A stretch of DNA of 64,000 bases from NCBI GenBank assembly GCA_001602645.1, contig LUYE01000017.1, positions 32,714-96,713 on the forward strand, in the 5' to 3' direction. The stretch is from Methanosarcinales archaeon Methan_01 (GTDB taxonomy: Archaea > Halobacteriota > Methanosarcinia > Methanotrichales > Methanotrichaceae). The number at the start of each line of letters is the position of its first letter. The stretch's first letter is position 1. The notes under the pieces are model-generated. The model saw nothing but the letters and a program-made list of their open reading frames with translations, ran no database searches and had not been told where the DNA came from. The position numbers were made by a program, and so were the translations under genes. Below, piece by piece: positions 18,188 through 26,703 of this stretch.

Positions 18188-18991
18188 ATGTTAGTCTACG
18201 CCGTCTTCGGAGACCCCGTGGAGCACAGCCTCTCCCCGGCGATGCAGAACGCCGCCTTCTCCGCCCTCGGCCTCTCGGCCCGCTACCTCGCCTTCCGGGT
18301 GAGGAGGGAGCGGCTCCGGGACGCCATTTTAGGGGCTGAAGCGATGGGCTTTGGTGGCCTCAACCTGACGATACCCCTGAAGGAGGAGGCGCTGAAGGTC
18401 GTCGAGCCGGACGAGAACGCCGCCGCCATGGGGGCGGTCAACACCGTCGCCTTCGGCGATGGGATCCGGGGGTACAACACCGATGGTCTGGGCGCCCTGC
18501 GCGCCCTGGAGGGGGCCGGGGTCCGGGTCGCCGGGATGCGGGTTCTCGTCATAGGCGCCGGCGGGGCGGCGAAGGCGATCGCCCGCCAGCTAGCTCTCTC
18601 GGGTGCCGAGGTCTCCATTGCCAACCGGGACCGGCAGCGTGCGTTGCACTTAGCGGCCGCCGTCGGGGGGAGGGGCTACGGCCTCTCCGACCTGGAGGGG
18701 CTCGTCCCCGGGGCGGAGGTGGTCGTCAACGCCACCTCCGTCGGCATGAGAGAGGGCGACCCCAGGCTCGTCGAAGGCCGCCTCTTCCGGGAAGGGCAGA
18801 TCGTCTTCGACATCGTCTACAACCGGGAGACGGAGCTTTTGCAGGATGCAGCCCGGGCGGGGGCGAGGGTTATGGACGGCGTCCCGATGCTCGTCCATCA
18901 GGGGGCGCTCTCTATCGAGATCTGGACCGATAGAAAAGCCCCTATAGACGTCATGGAAGAGGCCGTTCGGGAGGAGCTGAGGAACCGATGA
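18188..18991 (+). CDS. aroE: Shikimate dehydrogenase
   Basis: ORF 18074-18991. The conserved N-terminus MLVYAVFGDPVEHSLSPAMQNAAF begins at the ATG at 18188. Also present are LNLTIPLKE, NTDG and VIGAGGAAKAIA. Confidence 0.9.
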   Translation: MLVYAVFGDPVEHSLSPAMQNAAFSALGLSARYLAFRVRRERLRDAILGAEAMGFGGLNLTIPLKEEALKVVEPDENAAAMGAVNTVAFGDGIRGYNTDGLGALRALEGAGVRVAGMRVLVIGAGGAAKAIARQLALSGAEVSIANRDRQRALHLAAAVGGRGYGLSDLEGLVPGAEVVVNATSVGMREGDPRLVEGRLFREGQIVFDIVYNRETELLQDAARAGARVMDGVPMLVHQGALSIEIWTDRKAPIDVMEEAVREELRNR

Positions 18992-19908
18992 AGCCGATCG
19001 ATCGCAAAGCGAAGGAGACGGATAAGAAGATGCTGATCGTCGGCGGCACCGGCGGGACTGGAAGCTGGTTTGCCCGCTTCTTCAAGGGCCAAGGCTTTCT
19101 CGTCTCCGTCTGGGGGCCGAGCGGCAAAGTCGAGGTCGCCGAGAGGCTCGGGGTCAGGTTCGCCTCCGACCTTCTGGCGGAGGTGGTGGAGAGCGACGTC
19201 GTCCTCATCAGCGTCCCCATCCAGGAGACGGCGAAGGTCGTCGAGGATGTAGCTCCCAGGATGAAGCAGGGGAGCCTCCTGATGGACGTCACATCCCTCA
19301 AGAGTGGGCCGATGGAGGCGATGCTCCGGTGGGCCCCTCCAGGGGTGGAGGTCCTGGGGACCCACCCCATGTTCGGCCCCACCATACCGACCATCCGAGG
19401 GCAGACGGTGATCCTCGTCCCCGCAGCCGGAAGGTGCGACTCTTGGCTATTGCCGATGGAGGAGATCTTCCGGGAGGGGGGCGCCCGAGTGGAGATCCTC
19501 GAGGCCGACGAGCACGATCGGATCATGGCCGTCGTCCAGGCCCTCACCCACTTCGCCTACATCTCCATCGGCTCGACGCTGCGGTCCCTCGACTTCGACG
19601 TCGCTCGATCGAGGAGGTTCATGAGCCCCGTCTACGAGATCATGATCGACTTCGTAGGACGGATCCTCGACCAGAGCCCCGAGCTCTACGCCAGCATTCA
19701 GGAGAACCCCGAGGCTAAACGGGTGAGGGAGGCGTACATCCTGGAGTGCAAACGGCTCTCAAAGCTCGCCGACGACGGCGACCTCGCCGGCTTCATGGAG
19801 GCGATGAACTCCGCCGCCGACCACTTCTCCGGGACGAAGGAGGCCCTGGCGAGGTCGGACAGGCTGATCAGCCTCTGGATAGACCACCGGGAAGAGGGAC
19901 GAAGGTGA
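18988..19908 (+). CDS. tyrA: Prephenate dehydrogenase
   Basis: 306-aa ORF whose ATG overlaps the aroE stop. Motifs are MLIVGGTGGTGSWFARFF (Rossmann), LLMDVTSLK, GTHPMFGP and DRIMAVVQALTHF. An internal ATG 14 codons in is an alternative start. Confidence 0.85.
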   Translation: MKPIDRKAKETDKKMLIVGGTGGTGSWFARFFKGQGFLVSVWGPSGKVEVAERLGVRFASDLLAEVVESDVVLISVPIQETAKVVEDVAPRMKQGSLLMDVTSLKSGPMEAMLRWAPPGVEVLGTHPMFGPTIPTIRGQTVILVPAAGRCDSWLLPMEEIFREGGARVEILEADEHDRIMAVVQALTHFAYISIGSTLRSLDFDVARSRRFMSPVYEIMIDFVGRILDQSPELYASIQENPEAKRVREAYILECKRLSKLADDGDLAGFMEAMNSAADHFSGTKEALARSDRLISLWIDHREEGRR

Positions 19909-19977
19909 CCAAGGGGGGCGCCCCTCCCCGATAGGAGGACGGCGCCGGGAAGAGATATCTCCTCCCAGATCCATCCG

Positions 19978-20229
19978 ATGGATGGTGATAGAAGAATGGA
20001 TCCGGACGAACGAAACTCCGAGAAGAACGAACCCCAATCCGAGCCCCCAAGGCCCGCCTGCGCCTGCACCCTCGGCCCCCGCCGCTCCTGGACCGTGGCC
20101 CTTCTGGGGATCCTCCTGGTGATCCTCGCCTACTCCACAGGCCTCTCCCCGGGGGCGGTCCTGATCGTCGGCCTGATACCTCTGGCCATCCTCGTGGCCT
20201 CGGCTCTGGGCGGCCGCCGGCAGCCCTGA
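19978..20229 (+). CDS. Possible small membrane protein
   Basis: 83-aa ORF with a charged N-terminus and two hydrophobic stretches (WTVALLGILLVILAY, VLIVGLIPLAILVASAL). No homology recognised, so it could be spurious. Confidence 0.3.
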   Translation: MDGDRRMDPDERNSEKNEPQSEPPRPACACTLGPRRSWTVALLGILLVILAYSTGLSPGAVLIVGLIPLAILVASALGGRRQP

Positions 20230-20281
20230 AGGAGCGAGAGGGCGGCCTCGACGGCGCCGAACCTGCCGGATCATGGCGGCT

Positions 20282-20920
20282 TCAGGCTGCGGGCCAGTGG
20301 CGCCTCAGCCCCTGGAGGGCCTCCCTCTTCGCCTCCAAGAGGGGGCGGTCGTCGAAGCCGCAGAGGCCGGAGACCCTATCGATGGGGAGAGACCCCACGA
20401 GATCGGCCATGAACTCCGTCTTCAGGGCCATCAGCTCCTCCGACGACCGGGCCCTTCTGACCCTCCTCTGAAACCGGCCGGCGAGATCCGCGACCCGTTC
20501 CGCCTGATCTCCCAGGGCGGCCCGGACCTCGTCATTGGGGAACGAGGACCCAGAACGGAGCCGGAGGCGCTGGAGGCCTTCGACCGTCTCCACCAGCCTG
20601 TAATGGGCTCTTATGGCCAGATCGTAAGGGGTCCCCGCATCGGTGCAACGGCCGTACCTGGCGGCGTATCCGCACCCCTGGCAGTCGACGGCCCCGGGAC
20701 GGTAGAGGGTGCAGAAGGGGCAGTAGACCGGGCTCAGGGGAAGCCTCTCCAGCATCTCCAGGGCCGACCTCTCCGCCAGCTCTAAAACCGCCTCTCCGCC
20801 TTCCGCATCCTCTAGGTCGGCCCGGAGGTCGGATGCCAGGCCTGAGTACCCGTCCGCCACCTCCTCCAGGGCAGCCTTGACCCTCTCGGGCGGATCGGTC
20901 GAATTTTCATCGGGGATCAT
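20282..20920 (-). CDS. Hypothetical helical protein with a CxxC-x9-CxxC-x8-C cluster
   Basis: 212-aa ORF with protein-like composition. The Cys cluster is VYCPFCTLYRPGAVDCQGCGYAARYGRC. No family recognised. Confidence 0.5.
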   Translation of the reverse strand: MIPDENSTDPPERVKAALEEVADGYSGLASDLRADLEDAEGGEAVLELAERSALEMLERLPLSPVYCPFCTLYRPGAVDCQGCGYAARYGRCTDAGTPYDLAIRAHYRLVETVEGLQRLRLRSGSSFPNDEVRAALGDQAERVADLAGRFQRRVRRARSSEELMALKTEFMADLVGSLPIDRVSGLCGFDDRPLLEAKREALQGLRRHWPAA

Positions 20921-21037
20921 ATCGTCTCTCCTCCTCCGATATATTCTGCCCCGATCGGATTAAAGGGTTCGCACCCGCTGCCCGACCCCCGGAAACGGGC
21001 GATCACCAGGTTTTGGGGATGGCATATGGCGTTTCAA

Positions 21038-21460
21038 CTAAAGCCTGCACGCCTTCTCATCCTGCTGGCTCTTCTTCACCAGGTAGTAGCCGGCCGATAG
21101 GGAGACGACGATCGCCGCTATCCCCAAAAGGGTCATGCTCGGAAGGGCCACGACGTCAAGGATTATCACCTTCCTCGCCATGGCGATGATCGCCACCAGA
21201 AGGACTACCTGGACGTTGATGACGTTCTCCTCCAGGTATATCCTGAAGGTCTCGAGGAGCTCGATCCCGATCAGAACCAGGAGGAAGTAGCCGAAGATCT
21301 CCAGAAGCTCGTCGATCTTCAGCAGGATCAGAGGCGGTGCGAAGATCTCCTTTGCTATGATGTAGAAGAGCTCCGCTGTCGCGAGAAAGACCACCAGGGC
21401 CATCATCCAGGTGAGAGATATCAGAACGGCGGTCTGGAACTTCGTCAGCCTATCCATCAT
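21038..21460 (-). CDS. PsiE-like (phosphate-starvation-inducible E family) membrane protein
   Basis: 140-aa ORF with four TM segments. The ELLEIFGYFLLVLIGIELLETFRIYL...VVLLVAIIAMARKVIILD pattern matches PsiE family proteins. Confidence 0.65.
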   Translation of the reverse strand: MMDRLTKFQTAVLISLTWMMALVVFLATAELFYIIAKEIFAPPLILLKIDELLEIFGYFLLVLIGIELLETFRIYLEENVINVQVVLLVAIIAMARKVIILDVVALPSMTLLGIAAIVVSLSAGYYLVKKSQQDEKACRL

Positions 21461-21532
21461 GAGAATCCACCAGCCTCAAACCCATCTCCGTGAGACGCCC
21501 CACCACATAATCAGCCAGAAGTTTTCTCGTTC

Positions 21533-21802
21533 TTATCTGAAGTATCTTCTGGTGGTGTACCTGAAGTAGACGAGGAGGCAGAGGGCCAGGGTAGCGAGAG
21601 AGACGACGTTCGCCACAATCAGAGGAGAGTTATGCAGGTGCAGCCCGTAGGCCAGCCAGAGAGAGACCCCTGCCCCCATCTGGAGCATCATGAGGAGGCT
21701 TACGTCGTTCACCGACCTCGTCCTCACCATCTTCAAGAGCTGCGGCAGAAACCCTAACATCGTCAGAGCCGCCGCGGCGTAACCTACGATTTCCCAATCC
21801 AT
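21533..21802 (-). CDS. SemiSWEET / PQ-loop three-TM transporter
   Basis: ORF 21533-21832; probable start is the ATG at 21802 (MDWEIVGYAAAALTMLGFLPQLLKMVRTRS). It has three TM helices and the PQ motif. Confidence 0.7.
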   Translation of the reverse strand: MDWEIVGYAAAALTMLGFLPQLLKMVRTRSVNDVSLLMMLQMGAGVSLWLAYGLHLHNSPLIVANVVSLATLALCLLVYFRYTTRRYFR

Positions 21803-21969
21803 CGAGATCCTTCTCTTTTGAGTATAGCCCATGGGTGAGGCTTCCAGAGGTTACCCCTGGCCCATTAATCCGGCTTTCGGTCGCCGCAATAAATTACATA
21901 TTAACGACCGAAATTCTTATTAGTTAATAAAGATCACCGACATCTACATTTAAAAAGCTGAAAGGTGGC

Positions 21970-23031
21970 TTGATTTTGAAGAAGATACCCTTGATAATGC
22001 TTTTGACCCTGAGCGTCTGCCTGACCTTGGGGATGGCGATCGCCGTCGATTATCCCCTGACCGTCACCGACTCTGCTGGGAGAACTGTGAAGATCGAGGC
22101 CCCCGTCGAGAAGATCGTGGTCCTCAACTCCGATGCTGCCGATGCCGTGAGCATCCTCGGGGACGTCGAGAAGATCGTGGGGTCGGTGGACATCTCCTAT
22201 AAGGCCCACTACTTCACCGAGTTCTCTGGCGGCTGGGAGACGGTGGGTACCTGGAAGGAGTTCAACTACGAGAAGATAGCAGACCTCGCGAGGGAGGAGG
22301 ACGGCGAGATTGGGGCAGGAATGCTGGTGATCTGCTATGCCAGCAAGGCAGGAGAGGTCGATGAGAACCTCAAGCCCTTTGAAGAGATCGACGTCCTGGG
22401 CCTCGACCTCTACAACCCGGAGACCTTGGAGGAGGAGATGACCGTTCTCGGAACGATCCTGGACCGGGAGTCTGAGGCCAATGGCTACAACCGGTGGGTC
22501 GCCGAGAAGAAGGCCGCCGTAGCTGAGGCGGTCGAAGGGCTCGGAAGTCCCCTGGTATACGTCGAGGGCGGGTCGGCCTCGGACCTGGGAGCTCTCTGGA
22601 CCTACGGCCACGGATCCTCCCCGGACGATATGATCGGCCTTGCCGGGGGGGAGAACGTCATCGATGTGGACGAGTCAAACCCCAAGGTGGATTGGGAGAC
22701 GGTCCTAGCCGAGATGCCGGAGGTGATCATCAAGGTGCCGGCGGCGATAAACCAGCTCGGCTGGACCAACACCACCGCCATGGAGGCCTTCGTCGGTGAG
22801 ATAGAGAGCCGCCCAGGAGCTGACACCTTGCCCGCCGTCCAGAACGACAAGGTCTACGTAATCTTCAGGGACATAACCCTGGGAACGGCCTCCGTCGTCG
22901 GCCTCACCTACTGGGCCGAGATGATCCATCCTGAGGCGGAGCTCGATCCAGTGGGAGTCTACCGAGAGTACCTCGATATGAGGGGGCTGGAGTACCCCGA
23001 GGAGAATTTCTTCGTATACCCTGCGATCTGA
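21970..23031 (+). CDS. ABC transporter substrate-binding protein, FecB/BtuF-like (iron-chelate/cobalamin class)
   Basis: 353-aa ORF. It starts at a TTG preceded by AAAGGTGG and has a signal/anchor N-terminus (MILKKIPLIMLLTLSVCLTLG). VTDSAGRTVKIEAPVEKIVVLNSDAADAV is typical of class III periplasmic binding proteins. Confidence 0.8.
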   Translation: MILKKIPLIMLLTLSVCLTLGMAIAVDYPLTVTDSAGRTVKIEAPVEKIVVLNSDAADAVSILGDVEKIVGSVDISYKAHYFTEFSGGWETVGTWKEFNYEKIADLAREEDGEIGAGMLVICYASKAGEVDENLKPFEEIDVLGLDLYNPETLEEEMTVLGTILDRESEANGYNRWVAEKKAAVAEAVEGLGSPLVYVEGGSASDLGALWTYGHGSSPDDMIGLAGGENVIDVDESNPKVDWETVLAEMPEVIIKVPAAINQLGWTNTTAMEAFVGEIESRPGADTLPAVQNDKVYVIFRDITLGTASVVGLTYWAEMIHPEAELDPVGVYREYLDMRGLEYPEENFFVYPAI

Positions 23032-23086
23032 AGAAGAGGGCAGACCATCGGGAGAGAAGACCAAATTAAAATCCGCAAAACTGAAA

Positions 23087-23127
23087 TGCGCTGCCGGCCC
23101 TCTTCCGGCAGCGCACAAATTTTTTTG
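23087..23127 (+). terminator. Stem-loop plus T-tract terminator after the substrate-binding-protein gene
   Basis: TGCGCTGCCGG-CCCTCTT-CCGGCAGCGCA forms an 11-bp perfect stem at 23087-23115. It is followed by CAAATTTTTTT, with the T7 run at 23120-23126. Confidence 0.6.
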
Positions 23128-23525
23128 ATGCGAAAGAACCACCAGATAGACGGTAAGATCGCCAGCCCCTTCGACATCTTCTCCCGCCAGGCCTTCGCCT
23201 CGTAGGGAGGGAAGACGTAGACGGACCCGCCCTGGAAGCTCCCGCCGGTTTCGCCGAGCCTCTACTCAATCCACCCCTCCATTTCCTCGGTGTAGGCATC
23301 CCAGAGACCGCGCTGATTCGCCTCCATCCGATCACCCCCCATCGCCCGGGGGTTCATCTCCTAGAAGCATCATCGAATTTCATCTTATCTAACCAAAATA
23401 CTTATTAATTAGCCATTTAATCAATCTGAATTGTGTGATTGGTGTGAATTAATTATGATTTGTAATAAGCAACTCATGTTAACTAATTAGAAACTGTGCT
23501 ATAGCCCTACTTATGAGGTAGATAT

Positions 23526-23756
23526 ATGAGGAAAAAGACGACGAGGATCTTCGTCCTCTTCCTGTTATTTTTTGGGATTGGGGATGCAGCCGCCGAGGAT
23601 TTCCAGGTTCCCGGCGATCTGGATGGGGACCCCATCGTCAGCTCTGAGGAACTGGAGATAGCGGAGCAGGATCAGAAGAAGGGGAAGATCACCCCCGAGG
23701 ATCTGGAGAAGATCAGACACATATCCGGATATTCCGGCGTGATCAATAAAATTTGA
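23526..23756 (+). CDS. Small secreted protein with a dockerin/EF-hand-like DxDGD loop
   Basis: 76-aa ORF. It has a signal-like N-terminus (MRKKTTRIFVLFLLFFGIGDAAA) followed by PGDLDGDPIVSSEELE. The stop (23754-23756) overlaps a possible TTG start of the permease. Confidence 0.4.
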   Translation: MRKKTTRIFVLFLLFFGIGDAAAEDFQVPGDLDGDPIVSSEELEIAEQDQKKGKITPEDLEKIRHISGYSGVINKI

Positions 23757-23770
23757 ATTCGATCAAGTTT

Positions 23771-24862
23771 ATGAGCGAAGCTGAGACGATGTCTACCGAA
23801 GCTGCAATCGATAGCTCCAAGCTGAAGGAGGAGTACAGCCAGTTCGTGGGCCGAAAGGTCCTCCTGATCATCGCCACCCTGGCCGGGATCGTGGTTCTGG
23901 CCGGGGTCGCTGCGACCCTGGGCTCCGCGAACATCACGCCGATCGAGGTCTACACGGCGATCCTGGCCCGTTTCTTTCCAGGCACCTTCGAGACCACCGA
24001 CTTCATAAACACCATCGTCTGGCAGCTCCGGCTCCACCGGGTCCTGATGGCGATCTTCGCCGGGATGGGGCTAGCCGTCGCCGGGGCGGCGATGCAGGGG
24101 ATCCTCAAAAACCCTCTGGCGAGCCCCTTCACTTTGGGGATAGCTTCAGCCGCGAGCTTCGGGGCGTCCCTCGCCATCATCCTCGGGGCGGGCTTCGTCA
24201 GCGGCCAATGGCTGATCGTCGGAAACGCCTTCATATTCACGATGCTGGCATCGATGACCGTCTACGGCCTCGCCAGGTACAAGGGGATCACCCCGGAGAC
24301 GATGATCCTCGCGGGTATCGCCATCATGTACCTTTTCAGTGCCATGACGTCCTTTCTCCAGTACGTCGGCAAGTCGGAGCAGGTCCAGGAGGTCGTCTTC
24401 TGGATGATGGGGAGCCTAGGCAGGTCATCATGGGAGAAGGTGGGGATCGTAGCCCTGGTGACCGTCGTCTGCGCCCTCGCCCTCATGTACTTCTCCTGGG
24501 ACATCAACGCCCTGGGGGCGGGCGACGAGACGGCCAAGAGCCTGGGGGTGAACGTCGAGCTCGTCAGGGTATTGTGCATGATGATCGCTTCCCTCATCAC
24601 CGCTAGCGTGATATGCTTCACCGGAACGATCGGGTTCATAGGCCTTGTGGCGCCTCACATAACGAGGATGGTGGTGGGAGGCGACCACCGATTCCTGCTG
24701 CCGACTTCTGGTCTCGTCGGGGCCTTGATACTCCTGGGGGCAGACACCGTCGCCAGGACGATCCTGGCTCCGGTGATCCTGCCGGTGGGGATCATGACTT
24801 CGTTTCTCGGAGTACCGTTCTTCATCTACCTGTTCTTGAGAAGGAGGAAAGAGTATTGGTAA
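23771..24862 (+). CDS. FecCD/BtuC-family ABC transporter permease
   Basis: ORF 23753-24862, with the first ATG at 23771. It is multi-TM, and RVLMAIFAGMGLAVAGAAMQGILKNPLASPFTLGI and the later GADTVARTI are typical FecCD motifs. Confidence 0.9.
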   Translation: MSEAETMSTEAAIDSSKLKEEYSQFVGRKVLLIIATLAGIVVLAGVAATLGSANITPIEVYTAILARFFPGTFETTDFINTIVWQLRLHRVLMAIFAGMGLAVAGAAMQGILKNPLASPFTLGIASAASFGASLAIILGAGFVSGQWLIVGNAFIFTMLASMTVYGLARYKGITPETMILAGIAIMYLFSAMTSFLQYVGKSEQVQEVVFWMMGSLGRSSWEKVGIVALVTVVCALALMYFSWDINALGAGDETAKSLGVNVELVRVLCMMIASLITASVICFTGTIGFIGLVAPHITRMVVGGDHRFLLPTSGLVGALILLGADTVARTILAPVILPVGIMTSFLGVPFFIYLFLRRRKEYW

Positions 24863-25641
24863 AGATCACCATCAAAGATCTCAGCTTCAGCTACGGAAGC
24901 CGGGAGATCCTCGAGGATCTGAACGTCGTCGTCGGCGACTCGGAGGTCCTGAGCCTTGTCGGGCCCAACGGCTCCGGGAAGACGACCCTCATCAAATGCA
25001 TCGACCGGATCCTTAAACCAAAAGGGACGATCCTCCTCGACGGCGGCCGAGACCTCCAGACCATGAGCCGGCAGGAGGTGGCGAAGTACATCGGGTACGT
25101 CCCCCAGTCGACGACGAGCGCCCTCACCACCACCGTCTTCGATACCATCCTGATGGGGAGAAGGCCCCGCATGGGGTGGCGGGTCTCAGACGAGGACATC
25201 GACAAGGTCGTCGAGATGATGAAGCTCCTCCACGTCGAGGAGTTCGCCCTCAAGGACTTTTCCGAGCTATCCGGGGGCCAGAAGCAGCGTGTCCTGATCG
25301 CCCGGGCTCTCGCCCAGGAGCCCGAGGTCCTCCTTCTCGATGAGCCGACATCGAACCTGGACGTCAAGCACCAGCTAGAGGCCCTCGACACCGTCCGGTC
25401 GATCGTCAAGACGACGAAGATATCGGCGGTGATGGCGATCCACGACCTCAACCTCGCAGCAAGGTACTCCGACACCCTCGTGATGCTGAAGAATGGAATG
25501 GTCCACGCCGTCGGCGATCCGCTATCCCTCTTGACAAAGGAGAACATTAGGGCGATATTTGGCGTCGAGGCGGTGGTGATGAGGAACCTGGACAGGCCTT
25601 ACGTCGTCCCGATCCGATCGCTGAACGGCGAAGCTCCCTAG
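24856..25641 (+). CDS. ABC transporter ATP-binding protein (FepC/BtuD-like)
   Basis: ORF 24613-25641. The upstream part overlaps the permease. The in-frame TTG at 24856 lies 8 nt after AAGGAGGA. Walker A is GPNGSGKTT, the signature is LSGGQKQRV and Walker B is LLLDEPTS. Confidence 0.9.
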   Translation: MVKITIKDLSFSYGSREILEDLNVVVGDSEVLSLVGPNGSGKTTLIKCIDRILKPKGTILLDGGRDLQTMSRQEVAKYIGYVPQSTTSALTTTVFDTILMGRRPRMGWRVSDEDIDKVVEMMKLLHVEEFALKDFSELSGGQKQRVLIARALAQEPEVLLLDEPTSNLDVKHQLEALDTVRSIVKTTKISAVMAIHDLNLAARYSDTLVMLKNGMVHAVGDPLSLLTKENIRAIFGVEAVVMRNLDRPYVVPIRSLNGEAP

Positions 25642-25978
25642 AGGCAGAGGCCGGGCAGAAGAAAAGGGATGCCAGGGCCTCTGAGGATCGATCTCCTCTA
25701 TTTGAGGCTCCGGGCACCCTTGGGTCAGGAAGGCTTTTGTCGTCTTTGCCACCCTAGGCGGCGAGCGCGGTTCTCTGAAAGGTCACGAAATGGGCTTTGC
25801 GCACGCCAACCAGACTACATCTTATTTAGTAATAAACTTTTCGCTTCAATTGCTACATGATCTCGACGATGGCATAAACGGATCCGCCCTCAGCGAACGT
25901 CAGCCGATTCGCCCTTCGAGAGATATCGATGGTCAGATAGTTATCCCATGAGGGGAGTAGGGCGATGGAGGCGAGGCC

Positions 25979-26374
25979 ATGGGAAGGACGGGCGGAAGAA
26001 GGGTCGACTTTTCGATCTGGCTCTTTGAGCAGCGGAATAGGGACGACCGGATCGGAAGAGCGGCCTTCGACGCCTTTCAAGAGCATCAGAGGAGGGTGTG
26101 GCCCGAGGCTCGGACCCTCCAGGACCGGCTGGACCTGATGAGGGAGAGGGGGGTTCGGGGCGCTCCCCTGAGGGCCCTGGAAGAGGCCTGGTGGGAGTAC
26201 ATCGACGTCGTCACCAAAGATGTCGCCGAGCATCACCTCCTCCTGGAGGCGGGAGCGGTGATGGAGAGGGCCCTCTCCAAGGCCGAGGCGGTCGAGGACG
26301 GCGATCGATACATCATCGACGGGGCTTCCGCCCAGCGGCTCAAAAGGCTGCTCGCGAAGCTGAAGGAGATATGA
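25979..26374 (+). CDS. Hypothetical protein with an N-terminal YozE-like SAM-like domain
   Basis: 131-aa ORF. DFSIWLFEQRNRDDRIGRAAFDAFQEH...LEEAWWEY resembles the YozE family pattern. The competing minus-strand ORF 25853-26236 is Pro-rich and judged to be antisense noise. Confidence 0.45.
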   Translation: MGRTGGRRVDFSIWLFEQRNRDDRIGRAAFDAFQEHQRRVWPEARTLQDRLDLMRERGVRGAPLRALEEAWWEYIDVVTKDVAEHHLLLEAGAVMERALSKAEAVEDGDRYIIDGASAQRLKRLLAKLKEI

Positions 26375-26703
26375 GCTCGACCCGGTTTTCTCTCAGTTCA
26401 TGGACGAGGGATCTAAGAAGAAGGATTCAAAAAGTTGAGGGAGAATGACAAGGCTTCAGCGGGATCTTTAGGCTTCTGGAACAAGTTTCATATAATCTCA
26501 CGCCCCAAAAAGAGGGAGGATCGAGGGCGGATGGGACCTGGATGCGATCCCTCCCCGCGCTCCTGCTGGCGGCAGGCTGTGTCTGATCGAGGGACCGGCG
26601 GGGCGAGGATCAGGACGAAGAGGGGCTTATGATCCCTGAACTCCAGCCGAAGATCCACAAAAAGGCTTCAGCCTTCCAGCCCGATCGGTCGGAGGTGAAT
26701 TTT

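Noticed and set aside
22959-23357. Minus-strand frame with an ATG at 23357 and an in-frame TAG at 23262-23264 (MNPRAMGGDRMEANQRGLWDAYTEEMEGWIE*RLGETGGSFQGGSVYVFPPYEAKAWREKMSKG...), a possible amber read-through (pyrrolysine) gene or pseudogene
   Set aside because: No family recognised. The frame runs through the SBP terminator hairpin and into the SBP coding region. No pyl genes or methylamine methyltransferases are in the window. At most it is a degraded relic.
25853-26236. 127-aa minus-strand ORF competing with 25979-26374; its C-terminal tail (WDNYLTIDISRRANRLTFAEGGSVYAIVEIM) looks protein-like
   Set aside because: Most of the ORF is Pro/Gly-rich and antisense to a better plus-strand ORF. 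The protein-like tail has no start codon of its own. It is possibly a tiny relic and not reportable as a gene.
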